Part shown: positions 40,577 to 53,284 of the stretch, piece after piece
Position numbering within the stretch: the stretch's first letter is position 1
How the letters are laid out: every line of letters starts with the position of its first letter
Assembly (NCBI GenBank): GCA_964016885.1
Contig: OZ024744.1
Span: forward strand, 111,910,001-111,974,000
Direction of reading: 5' to 3'
From: Eledone cirrhosa
Taxonomy: Eukaryota
Length of the DNA stretch: 64,000 nucleotides
Notes under the pieces: model-generated
Seen by the model: only the letters and a program-made list of their open reading frames with translations
Databases searched by the model: none
What the model was told of the DNA's origin: nothing
Program-made: the position numbers and the translations under genes

Positions 40577-41175
40577 TTTTGGAAGAAACAGGGGTCTGCG
40601 TGGTTACTTGATAAAGTGTATTTAAAAATAAAAAGAAAGCACAAACAGGGGACAATCCCTTCTTCAGTTGTCTGCTGGGGATCACGGACATTTCAATGCA
40701 TTAAAAACAACATGTCTAACTCCAGTGCGTCAATAACTTGTAGAAGTTATTGGGGAAAAAAAGGAGAGAAAAAAAATCAAACACAAACAGAAGGGAAAAA
40801 AAAGAAAAAGAAAACAAAGAAGATACTGAAAAAGAGAGGAACACTATAAGTAACTGGGAGAGAGAGAAGGCATAAACAGCTACTGAAGATAAGTCCGATG
40901 CTTTTGTTGATGGTGAATTGGGGAGAGTGAAGAAAATGCAGATGACCTCTGCAAAAGTAGGGGAAAAGAGGCAGAGATAAGAGAAAACGAAAGTAGTAGA
41001 GGAGCAGGGAGAAGGAGATTAAAAGTGAGAGAGAGAGAGAGAGAGGGGAGAGACAGAAAGAAAGGGAAACAGTTAATAGCAACCAAGCAGGTCACAGCAA
41101 AAAATTAATAAAAGTTTTGGGATAAATAGTGTGGTTACTTGATAAAGTGTATATATATATAGAGAGAGAAGTGTA

Positions 41176-41981
41176 TCATCATCATCATCATCATCATCGT
41201 TTAACGTCCGTGTTCCACGCTTGCATGGGTTTGGACGGGGGTTTTCCCACTTGAGGCAAGAGTGGTTGTCTTGCTCGCATAGGACTGTCTGGCAGGTTTT
41301 CTACAGCTGGATGCCCTTCCTAACACCGACCACATTTACAGTGTGGGACTGGGAGGTTTTTACCGTGTTGCCTACACGGCCACATTACAGCGTGGACTGT
41401 CTGGCGGGTTTTCTACAGCTGGATGCCCTTCCTAACACCAACCACATTTACAGTGTGGGGCTGGGAGGTTTTTACCGTGTTGCCTACACGGCCACATTAC
41501 AGCGTGGACTGTCTGGCGAGTTTTCTACAGCTGGATGCCCTTCCTGACACCAACCACATTTGCAGTGTGGGGCTGGGAGGTTTTTACCGTGTTGCCTACA
41601 CAGCCACATTACAGCGTGGACTGTGTGTTTTTTTTGTCGTGACACCTACACGATCTCATTTGTTTCGGCCTGGATGGTGTGGCACCAACATAACTTTACA
41701 TAGAAGGGGGGTGGTGTGGATGGGGTGGGGGTGGTGGGACGGGGGTGTATTTTGTTAGAGATGCCTACTGACTGTAGTAGGTTTTACTATGTATTTAGGT
41801 AAGGCGGGTCTTCTCTATTACTGAGTACCGCCAAAGGTCTCGGTCAAGTGACATTGTCTTGGAGAGGTGTAAGTGTGTGAGGTCGGAGTTTATCAGCTCG
41901 TCCCAGGTTTTTCTGGGTCTGCCTATTCCGTGGCTACCGTCTATCTTTATTGCCCTGCACTTTGTTATACAGCTATCGTCT
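41176..41981 (-). mobile_element. RTE LINE 3' end with a ~113-bp UTR segment triplicated
   Basis: The coding end translates DDSCITKCRAIKIDG..GRPRKTWDE..DRDLWR. ggactgtctggc..cattacagcgt is repeated three times within 41282-41625. Confidence 0.88.
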
Positions 41982-42090
41982 GTATATATATATATATATA
42001 TATAGTAAGTTATTCTGGGTTGAATCGGAGGTAACCACAGTAAGTAAGGTACTCAATACATAGCAGACTATAAAAGTTTTAATATAGATG

Positions 42091-42141
42091 AGATTCTACA
42101 GGACTAGAACTGTTTCATTCTTTAGAAATCATCAGGAATCT
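42091..42141 (-). ncRNA. Type I hammerhead ribozyme motif in a PLE-type terminus (42005-42145)
   Basis: agattc CTGATGA tttctaaagaat GAAA cag-ttctagtc-ctg TA gaatct. Has a 6-bp stem I, a 4-bp stem III and a GUA triplet, with a short stem II that starts U.U. Confidence 0.8.
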
Positions 42142-42489
42142 GGCTTTCCAAAAATAAATGTTGTATTTATAGCTCTTTTCAGGTGGTAGGAGAGGGTGGG
42201 GAGTGGGATGGGTGGAGGTCATTGGTTGATAGAAAAGGGAATTCATTAAAAGCTAATTCTTTAAAGCTATAATTTTTATTTAGAGTAACAAAGGCAGAAA
42301 GAATTCTATAAACAAGTTCAGATAAAATAAGATGATGCTTGACATACCTTGACTAAGTAGATGGTTAAAATTCAGTCAGGGCAGAAAACCATTACTGTGG
42401 AGTGCTTCTAATCTATTGTAGAACTTTATTCATTGATTTATTCATTGAACCTTGTTTAACCTTTAAATATATATATATATATATATATA

Positions 42490-42877
42490 TATTCAGGTTT
42501 GTGGTTCACCACTGTATAGAGCTGGTCTATTCCGTATGGTCAATCGTAATGAAATAATATAGAGAGTACTCAACGTAAAGCAGTTCAACCGTCTTTGTTT
42601 TTGTAGTTGGTGGTGCTATTACGGAGTTAAATATTATAATGAAATGACAGGAGGCTGGATTTGTGTAAATCCTTGAAAGGTTTATTATACTATGATCATT
42701 TCAATTGGGTCCTCGATTTTCAGCCCCATGGATTTTATCTATTACATTCACGTATTATATTTCGAATACCTGATGATATCACCGGATTCATACGGAACCC
42801 AGTCATTGAAATGATCATAGTATAATAAACCTTTCAAGGATTTACATAAATCCAGCCTCCTGTCATTTCATTATAAT
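42490..42877. mobile_element. Solo Penelope-type terminus with 73-bp inverted arms and a hammerhead at 42766-42823 (+)
   Basis: Arms 42633-42705 and 42805-42877. atac CTGATGA ... GAAA tgatca TA gtat aataaa has a palindromic stem III and a weak stem II. GAGTACTC is at 42564. Confidence 0.72.
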
Positions 42878-42920
<43 letters not shown>

Positions 42921-43404
42921 GGGGGTATAGAGAAAGAAAGAGAGAGAAAGAGGGGTATAGAGAAAGAAAGAAAGAGAGGGGGGTATAGAGAAAGAAAGAG
43001 AGAGGCAGGTGAGAGCTGCCAACAGTTTCACAGTCTCACATTTGTGGTAAGACCATGATATAAAAAATATTATTGTTTCTACTTTAGGCACAAGGCCAGC
43101 AATTATGCCCGTGTATTACTGGTACTTAAAAAATATAATCTTTGTTTGTTGGAAGAAATGGTCTTGCTTGAAATTGTAGACTTAAAAAAAAGTATCTTGA
43201 GAATATATAGCTGAATTCTAATAGAAGTTTGGTCACATTATTGAGTTCTAAACAGCAGCCTAGTTAGTTCTTGTTGGCAGTACTAGAAACAACTTACTAC
43301 TAATAAACAGTGCCAACACTCCTGCTTGCCAAAATACAATCTCAGAGTTGTCATTGATTCCTGCATTCTTTAGATTCCTTGCACTCTATATTTATAGAAT
43401 CTAT

Positions 43405-43524
43405 TACTATCATCACCATCACCACCTTCACCATCACCACCAGCAGCACCACCATCACCACTACCAGCAGCACCACCAGCACCACCACCATCACCATCAT
43501 CATCATCACCATTATCACCACCAC

Positions 43525-43574
<50 letters not shown>

Positions 43575-43861
43575 CCATTATCATCACCATTATCACCATC
43601 ATCATCATCATCATCATCATCATCACCTCCATCATCATCATTATCACCACCACCACCACCATCATTATCACCATCATCATCGTCACCACCACCACCATCA
43701 TTATCACCAACATCACCATTATCACCATCACCACCACCATCATTATCACCACCATTACCACCATCACCACCATTATCACCATAACCATCATTATCACCAC
43801 CATCACCACCATCACCACCATCACCATCATTATCACCACCATCATCATCATCACCATCATT
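43405..43861. repeat. (CAT/CAC)n tract
   Basis: Direct reading. Confidence 0.95.
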
Positions 43862-43969
43862 GACAGAAGGCAGAGTTCTATCAATAAATGTAAAAAAAAG
43901 TTCAAATCCTGTTGAGGTCAACTTTGCCTTTTGGGGTGGTTGATAAAATAAAGTAGCAGTGAAGTAGCA

Positions 43970-44229
43970 AGCGACGCCTGGGCTGGTTTGGACACGCTTT
44001 GAGACTTCCCCCGGAGAGACTGGCGAACCAAGTACTTAAATGGAGCCCGCAGGGAAGCAGACGGAGAGGGCGACCCAAAATGAACTGGCGCCAGACAGTT
44101 GAGAGGGACCTGCGAGCGACAAACAGACAATGGCGGGACGCTGTGCAACTGGCTGCTGACCGAACGCGGTGGAACACTATGATTGCCTCATGCGTCGCAA
44201 GACGCGGGAGCTTCTGAGTCTGAGTCTGA
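43970..44229 (+). mobile_element. Short 3' fragment of another RTE-type LINE inserted into a family B SINE
   Basis: RRLGWFGHALR..WSPQGSRRRGRPKMNW..DRTRW, tail (GAGTCT)n, 9-bp TSD gaagtagca (43961-43969, 44230-44238). Confidence 0.88.
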
Positions 44230-45286
44230 GAAGTAGCAGAGTTGATGTACTCAACTTTACCATCCCCACAAGTTGCTGGCATTGTGCCTAAATTAGATAT
44301 GATGATGATGATGATGATGATGATCATCATCATCATAGTTACCACCTCCACTGGCAAGATTTGAACTTTTTATGTTCAGAGTTCACATCTTACTGAGGTG
44401 AACTCTGCCTTTCACCCTTCTGGGGGTTGGTGAAATAAAGTACCAGCTAAGTACTGGGGGTCTGATGTAATCGACTTTCTGCTTCCCTTCCCAAACTGAT
44501 GACCTTAACCAAAAGAAGAAATCATCATCATCAACATTATCAATTGAGATTTGTAACAAAAGATGAAGATGGAGAGAGAAAGAAAGAGAGACTGTATGTG
44601 AGAGAGGGGGAGAGTAACGAGAGAGTAGAGAGTGAGAGAGAGAGGGGGGAGAATTAAACAGGCGGGAGAGTAATAAAACTATTTTTTTTCATCATTAGCT
44701 GATATTTGGAACATAACTTAACGAAGGTTATTCCATAAAATTATGATGGAAGGTTTTTAGATAAATATAATCACTTTAACCTTTTCATTACCAAAATTCT
44801 AATCATTTTTTATGATTTTGAAAATTATCAAAAGTTTGGAGAAATTTAGTAATATAATTAAACATAACAAAGAATTTTACATAAAATTCTGATGGAATGG
44901 TTTTAGATAAATTTGATGAAGTTAGTGCCTAGAAGAGTGCTGATATTTGCATTCTACATGTCATGTAGGATGGGCCAAGGAGTAGCTATGGTGTGCTGAG
45001 TTGATCAGGTGCCACAAGGTGCTCTAATCCTTACTACATGCCTATTTTCGCACACCTTGCTAGGTGAGAGCCAAATAAATATTGTATTGAATCCTTTTGA
45101 TACCAAACTGCATGAAATGACCCCTAATTCTGATACAAAACTTTATATTTTAAAGCATTTGTTTCTTTCAAAACCTTCAATCATAATTTTATGAAACAAC
45201 CATTGTTAAGTTATGTTCCAAACATCAACTTAATAATGAGAAAGTTACATTTCTAAATCCCTCCAAATTCTTGATTATTTGAAAAT

Positions 45287-45553
45287 CATAGACAGTGTCT
45301 TTCATAATATGGAAATGAAAGGGTTAATGACATAGATAGTGTCTTTCATTAGAAATATGGTAATGAAAGGGTTAATGACATAGACAGTGTCTTTCATTAG
45401 AAATATGGTAATGAAAGGGTTAATGACATAGACAGTGTCTTTCATTAGAAATATGGTAATGAAAGGGTTAATGACATAGACAGTGTCTTTCATTAGAAAT
45501 ATGGTAATGAAAGGGTTAATGACATAGACAGTGTCTTTCATTAGAAATACGGT
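45287..45553. repeat. 48-bp tandem array, about 5.5 copies
   Basis: Unit CATAGACAGTGTCTTTCATTAGAAATATGGTAATGAAAGGGTTAATGA. Confidence 0.96.
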
Positions 45554-45749
45554 AAAAAAATAAACATGACAAACACAGAGATACAAAAGTAAAGACTTAT
45601 TAGGTTTTCACTTGGGAAGAAGTAAATGAGGGTTTCAATGTATTGGACAGAAGTCCTTCTTCAGGAAATAGTAGAGTTAGGAGAGAAAAGGGAAAAGATT
45701 GGAACAATGGAATTTGGGAGAAAAACAAGAAAAGATTATATATATATAT

Positions 45750-46190
45750 ATGGTGGCAAGGTTGTAAAAGAAAAGAAATTGTCATCCCTTGAATCGTAAG
45801 AATGTTTTTCAAATTTTGAAGGTGCCAGCTGCTGCAGCCATTTGTAGACTATGAATTAGGGAGTTACGCTCTTTGTCCACAAATCCAAGTTCAGTCATAC
45901 TTTGGTCCAAGTGGGTTGGTATATAACCTGTAGTTCCAATAATTGTTTCTACTTTAGGCACAAGGCCAGCAATTACCCAGTGCATTACTGGTACTTTATT
46001 TTATCGACCCCGTAAGGATGAAAGGCAAAGTCAACCTCGGAGTTCCAATAATGATGGGTATGAAGCTAAAGGTGTATCCTGGATACTGGATCTGCAAACT
46101 CCTCATCAATGGTCCGTTGATGTCCTCCTTTTCTTGTATTTTTCTTACAACGTTGACATCAAGTGAGCAGCTGATCTCTACAACAGAGTA
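45750..46190 (-). mobile_element. Relic C-terminus of a restriction-like-endonuclease LINE (R4/Dong-like), interrupted by a family B SINE
   Basis: VVEISCSLDVNV..KIQEKED..L..YPGY..IPIIIG/TTGYIP..LQ. The SINE at 45944-46040 has a 12-bp TSD agttccaataat. An uninterrupted paralogue is at 61268-61500. Confidence 0.75.
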
Positions 46191-46377
46191 CGTTTTCAAG
46201 GTGCGATATCATAAATTTGTCGGAACTCCATGCCAGGCCTTTTGACTGATTTATCCCCTCTATGGTCTATGTTTTTCGTCTCAAGAACCCATGCACAACT
46301 TTCTCTGTAAATTGGTTCATTTTTTATCTTGTTCAGACATTGAATAGGATTTTCCAATTTCATATATATATGTGTGT

Positions 46378-46657
46378 GGAGGTACATGGTTTAGTGGTTA
46401 GAGCATTGGGCTTGCAATTGAAAGGTTGTGAGTTCAATTCTCAGATCGGGTGACATGTTGATTCCTTGAGTAAGACACTTTATTTCACATTGCTCCAGTT
46501 TACTCAGCTGTAGAAATGAGATGGTGGTGCCACAGAAAAAAAGCACCCAGCACTCACTGTAAATGAGGTTGGTGTTAGGAAGGGCATCCAGCTGTAGAAA
46601 TCAAGCCAGACTCAGTTCCCGTCCCACGCTTGCAAGCAGGGAAAAGCGGACGTAAAA

Positions 46658-46660
<3 letters not shown>
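46378..46660 (+). mobile_element. SINE family A with an internal deletion
   Basis: Head, central domain and tail are all present. Confidence 0.85.
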
Positions 46661-46704
<44 letters not shown>

Positions 46705-47474
46705 TTATGCAAGATGTCAGAATGTAAAGAACTGGTAGAAACAACACAAAGTGTCTCATCCAAACAAGTTTATTAATACACCTTACTTGGAGGTGTACTT
46801 CATCTTATCAACTTCAAGAGGAAAAGAGAGTTGCATTCATTAGGTTTTGAACTCACTGCACAACAGTCAGAACAAACTCATAACAATTTTGTAAACTTGT
46901 AACATAAATGCATTTCATCCCACCCTGTTCAGTATTGTCCTTGAAACCATGGTACCAACTTGCCTATGACTAACCCCTACCTGATCCTATCTTACCAACG
47001 ATCTTATAATGCCACCTTACCAAATTTCCCTAATCATTTTGTTATGATATTTTTAATAAAATAATCAACAAATAATTTTGAAAATAATCAAGAATTTGGA
47101 GAGATTTAGTAATATAACTCTTTTGTTATCAAGTTGGTGTTTGGAACATAACTTAATACAGGTTCATACATAATATTATGATAGCAAATATTTAGATACC
47201 AAATTTCTAATGTATTCACTATGTGAATAATTTCATTGTTTCTACTTTAGGCACAAGGCCAGCAATTACCCAGTACATTACTGGTACTTTATTCACTATG
47301 TGAATAATTTAATGAGATTAAATAATATAACTAACTCATTATCAAGCTTGTATTTGGAACATAACTTAACAAAGGTTCTTATATAAAATTATGATGGAAC
47401 CTGGGGCAGTTTCCTCAAATTGGTGTTGTTCTCATGCTTACATTTAATTCTGTAAACAGGCTTGGTCTCACATC

Positions 47475-47958
47475 TGACACACCCACCATCACCACCTCCA
47501 CCTGACACACCCACCATCACCACCTCCACCTGACACACCCACCATCACCACCTCCACCTGACATACCCACCATCACCACCTCCACTGACACACCCACCAT
47601 CTCCACCTCCACTGAAACACCCACCATCACCACCTCCACCTGACATACCCACCATCACCACCTCCACTGACACACCCACCATCTCCACCTCCACTGACAC
47701 ACCCACCATCTCCACCTCCACCTGACACACCCACCATCACCACCTCCACCTGACATACCCACCATCACCACCTCCACTGACACACCCACCATCTCCACCT
47801 CCACTGGCACACCCACCATCACCACCTCCACCTGACACACCCACCATCACCACCTCCACCTGACACACCCACCATCTCCACCTCCACTGACACACCCACC
47901 ATCACCACCTCCACTGACACACCCACCATCACCACCTAACCTGACACACCCACCATCA
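47475..47958. repeat. 27/28-bp tandem array, about 17 copies
   Basis: Unit CTGACACACCCACCATCACCACCTCCA(C). Confidence 0.96.
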
Positions 47959-49131
47959 TATAAAAATGAAGGTTCAGAAAATACCTTGTCATGTTTGTAT
48001 ATCAGAACCTAATTTGTTGAGGTGGCGAATTGGTTGAGTTGTTTTAGTGCCAGGTCAAATACTGAGATATTTGTTCTGATTCTCTGTTCTCTGTGTTCAA
48101 ATCCTGCTGGAATCAACTACATCTTTCTTCGTTTTGTGTTTATAAATATGATTACCCTAAACCCTAACCGTAATCAGTCAAGAAAGAGTGGATTAGTGAA
48201 ATAGTTAAAGAGTTGAACAGGATTCTTGTCAATATCTGACTCATCTCTGTGTGTTCTGAGTTCTGAGTTCAAATCCTGCATCATTCTGCCAAGATTTACA
48301 ACGAACAGACAGTATCAGTAATGGAAAGACCAAAGGAAACATTGTTTCCTTAGTCCAATCTGATGATCAGTTCCTTTCTTTTATTTCCTTTTTTCCTTTT
48401 TAACCATATTTCATTTGAAATATAATAACCATTTTTGTTACCACATTTCTAATGAAATTCACTGTGTTTGAAATTATTACAAATTAGGTGGTATTTACTA
48501 AAATTACTAAGATAATATTTGTTAGACAATTTAACAAAGCAACGTGAAATAAAGTGTCTTGCGTTATGTCCTTGAGCAAGACACTTTATTTCACGTTGCT
48601 CCTTCTACCTGGAGTTGCAACCGATAGATAGACGAAAGTCGATCGTTCCTTTTTTTTTTTTTTTACTAAAATTACTAAGATAATATTTGTTAGACAATTT
48701 AACAAAGGCTCTTTATATAAACTTATGTTGAAAGAGTTTAATTTAAATAGGAACATTTTTAGTTTTGTTTCATAGAACTGAGTCGTTTGGGGGCAGGATC
48801 TGTAAAGATGCTCCAAATACAAGCTTAATAAGAATATGATAAAGACACCTTTTCAAATGCTTACTTTTTCTGAGAGTTCTTAAGACACAGACAGACTGAT
48901 CTTGTTTGAAATATGGGCAAAGAAAAGGTTAATTGGAAAAAAAAAAGTTGTCTTATGCTTCTGCACATGTGGGGTGGAGGTGGAGTGGGGGTGGAGTAGA
49001 AGGAGAGATAAAGGTTGAGAAAAAGAAAGAATAAAGGGACAGAAGGGGAGAGGAGCGCAAGAGGAGAAAGAAAGGGATAGACATACACAGAAGTGTGGTA
49101 TTATATATATGCACACTCACACACACGTGTG

Positions 49132-49163
<32 letters not shown>

Positions 49164-49239
49164 GACACATACGTGTATATATATATATATATACACACAC
49201 AAACGTGTATATATATATATATATACACACACACACGTG

Positions 49240-49337
<98 letters not shown>

Positions 49338-49432
49338 CATATACATACATATACATATATATATATAATAGAAGTCCCACCCTTGCAAACAGGGAAAAGC
49401 GGACGTAAAATGATGATGTATATGCATATATG

Positions 49433-49465
<33 letters not shown>

Positions 49466-49573
49466 ATATGTGTATATATATATATATATACATAAACATA
49501 TATACATATATGCATATACATCATCATTTTACGTCCGCTTTTCCCTGTTTGCAAGGGTGGGACTTCTATTATA

Positions 49574-49664
<91 letters not shown>

Positions 49665-50359
49665 TATACATATATATATATAAATATATATACACATATA
49701 TATAAATATATACATAAATATATAAATAATAGTGTTATTGATAGGGTCACCAACCCCATGCAGGTAGCAGAATGAGAACTGAAGGGCGGGTGAGGGGGAT
49801 AGCTCCTCAGCTGTTGAACAACACTTGTGGTTAGCCCAGCTGTTGAACATTAAAACCACATTTTGTAACAACCTAGCAAGTTATTTTTTTCTAAAAATGA
49901 TTTTACAACCGATCATAAACCCAACCTATATTGATTTGCAGAACTACAGAGCTTATTAAAGCTATCTTTTATTTATTTATTATATCTATATATTTCTTTT
50001 TACCAATAATGTGATTGCTCTAATGACTCTATTTAACATAGAAAAATGTTCTAATAAAAAAAAAACTAAAAGGAAAAGAGTTGATCATAAGATTGGATGA
50101 AGGAAACTGTGCCTCCATTATTTTTTTTCCATTGCTGATATATTATCTGTTAGTTGCAACACCTGGCAGAAAGAAGTGGAATATAGACAGGAAAGTAGCT
50201 GATCATCAGTAGCTGGACCAAGACACTTTATTTCACGTTGCTCCTTCTACCTGGAGTTGCGACCGATAGATAGTATTAACAATTGGAAAGACCAACGGAA
50301 ACATCGTTCCCTCGGTCCGATTTGACGAAAGTCGATCGTTCCTTATATATATATATATA

Positions 50360-51066
50360 TGATGCATGCATACGAACAGCAATGTTACACAGTAGTGGGA
50401 CCTGTGCGTAGATTAGAAAGAAACGAACCCTGCATGCTCCAATGGATGTGTAATAGTAATATACACGAACGGCAAAGCATAAATGAATTGAGAGAGAGAC
50501 TGAGCATAAGAGGAATCAAATGCTGTGTGCAGGAGAGGCGGTTGCGTTGGCATGGACATGTGATGCGTATGAAGGATGATAGCTGCATAAAAAGGTGCAG
50601 AGCACTAGAAGTCGATGGAAGCCTTTGAGTGGGGAGACCCAAGAAGACCTGGGATGAGGTGATAAAAGCAGACCTTACCCAATTACACCTCTCAAAGATG
50701 ATGACACAGGACAGAGATCTCTGGTGTTATGCAGTAATACAGAGTACCCGAGTTCACACAGGTACAAGCTGAAGCTGAAGCACATAGACAATATGACCCC
50801 CCCACCTCCCATAGCAAAGTGGTCATGGAGGTGTCATGACGGAGAGCACCCAGCCCACACTGTAAAGTGGTCGTGTAGGGAGCCATGGAAAAAAAGCACC
50901 TACTACTCACAGTAAATGAGGTTGGTGTTAAGAAGGGCATCCAGCTGTAGAAATCAACCCAAAATCAGTTCCTGTATGAACAAGACAAGGTCACCCGACC
51001 TAACAATGCCCACAACAGGACAACTTGTCTAACCCATGCTAGCGTGGAAGAATGGATGTAAAACGG

Positions 51067-51102
<36 letters not shown>
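50360..51102 (+). mobile_element. Decayed RTE LINE 3' fragment
   Basis: RRLERNE..RRLRWHGHV, then UTR and (GAT)n. Homologous to 39780-40530. Confidence 0.9.
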
Positions 51103-51103
<1 letters not shown>

Positions 51104-51127
51104 ATATATATTATTATTATTATTATC

Positions 51128-51310
51128 AGTATCGGTAGAGGGTCGGACGCCATGCTTTCCAGCATAGTTACGTCCCTTTTACGATCTGAGTTCAAATCCC
51201 GCCGAGGTTGACTTTGCCTTTCATCCTTACGGGCTCGATAAAATAAAGTACCAGTAATGCACTGGGTGATTGCTGGCCTTGTGCCAAAAGTAGAAACAAT
51301 TATTATTATT
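51128..51310 (+). mobile_element. SINE family B
   Basis: Core and tail as above. Further copies or fragments lie at about 43072-43128, 44360-44520, 47234-47289 and 57017-57145. Confidence 0.88.
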
Positions 51311-51736
51311 ATTATTATTATTATTATCATATGGGGCTAACCAACCAGGGATGTGCAAACCACATTTTGATCAGCTGTGATACAGATAGAATGAAGTACT
51401 CAACGACATGTATAAAATGGTATAAACATGATAGAGTTATAATATTCCAACTCCTCATTCACAATTATCTCCTCCTCCTCCTCCCCCTCCTCCATATAGT
51501 CTTAACTATGTGGGGGGGGGGGGGGGGGTTGCAGACAAAGTTGACAACTGTGTTGGGAGGAGATGACAGAGAGGAGGGAAAGGTCACCAGGGGCCAGTTG
51601 GCATAGAAACAACAAAACACATTCTGCTGTATTCTTCTGTATCATGAAAACAGAAAAAAAGATTTTACAAGGAAATTTTTTGAAGTTTTTAAAATATTTT
51701 AAACTTTTTCAAGTTGTACAAAAGTTTTTTTTTATA

Positions 51737-51816
51737 CCACCTGATGAGCTGAGGGTACTGGAATTGGTAGGAAGAGAACTAATTAGCTGAAGACTTCAGC
51801 AAAACATGTATCATGG
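51737..51816 (+). ncRNA. Decayed type I hammerhead with a long stem II
   Basis: ccac CTGATGA gctgagg..~40 nt..cttcagc AAAA catgta TC atgg. The G12 and stem I changes are G->A at inferred CpG sites. Confidence 0.5.
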
Positions 51817-51917
51817 AGGTAAAAATAAATCTAAGGACAACTGCATGTGGCCTTCAATCTACTTTATACTCTCTCTCTCTCTATACATATATATATATAT
51901 TTCCCCCCCAACTCTTA

Positions 51918-51975
<58 letters not shown>

Positions 51976-52230
51976 ACCTTCAGCCCTCCCTCCCCGCTCG
52001 GACACCCCGTCTCCCTCTCCCCACTCCATCCGCCAGCGCCCCTACACGCCCCACACCCTTCCACCACCTGTTTTACTTCATGTGTATTTTTATTTTTATT
52101 TTTATCATGCTTTTATATTTAATTTCATTTGTACCGTTTCCTCTCCCCCCCTCCCCCCCTTTTTTTCTATATGTCTCTCCACCACTCCCCCTACCCTACA
52201 CACCCTTGGAACTCTCTTCTCACGCACTTT

Positions 52231-52264
52231 TCACCTGAAGAAGGACTTATGCCCGAAACGTCGT
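52231..52264 (+). ncRNA. Minimal hammerhead motif in a pyrimidine-rich PLE-type 3' UTR
   Basis: ac CTGAAGA aggac-ttat-gccc GAAA cg TC gt, followed by AATAAA and (TA)n. Stem I is only 2 bp. A more decayed relative is at 45633-45668 (-). Confidence 0.55.
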
Positions 52265-52350
52265 TCCCCACCACCACCCGACTCTCAAGAGCGTGAAACT
52301 AATAAACCTTTGTTCGTACTGCCTCTCTGTTTTGTTCCCGTTCAATTTTT

Positions 52351-52395
<45 letters not shown>

Positions 52396-53042
52396 CTCCT
52401 AGAATTAACGATTAACTGATTAATTTAATTAGACAATTCTATTGATTGATTAATTGTTTATGTTTGTTTGATAACTTCTGGTTGGGTGCTTAATTCGGTT
52501 TGTCTAAGGGAATTTCATTCCTTTGTCCCAAATTTCGAATTGACCGCCAAAAACGGGGGTTACCTCCCTTTAGGAAAACCACGTGTCTATAGCGAAAATT
52601 ACTGCTAGAAAACATACCCGCAGAGGCTAAAGAACACAAGACTTGTTGACGAAGTAAATCCTTTGTTCTGTCGTCAAAGGCCATTAACTTGCAGACCCCT
52701 GAAAGCGGAATTAGTCGATCTTGGATTTACAGAAAGCTAGCGTGGATGTTGTATGTTATATGTGATGTATATATTGTATGCTATACGTGATGCATAATGT
52801 ATTGCATTCGATGTCCACGTGATGGTCCAGGTCAGTCAAAATCGTTTCCTGAGTTCAGTGTTTTTCGTTGCTATGGCAATGTGGCCGGACTGCCGGTCGC
52901 TACATTTGATTTGCAAAGCTGTCTAAACGTATTGTTATAACTCTGGGGTATTATTCTCCATCGAGTGCTAAGCTGCATTCCGAATCTGCATTCGTTAGCT
53001 TAGCCGCAGCCAAAAGCTTTGTTAATGCTTTACTAAAATTTG

Positions 53043-53115
<73 letters not shown>

Positions 53116-53168
53116 ACATGTGTTGTAAATAGTTAGTGCACACTAACTATTTACATTACAACACATGT

Positions 53169-53284
<116 letters not shown>

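Noticed and set aside
46200-46360. Possible Tc1 SPDL-type motif (TDLSPL)
   Set aside because: Too short and degenerate, with no TIR.
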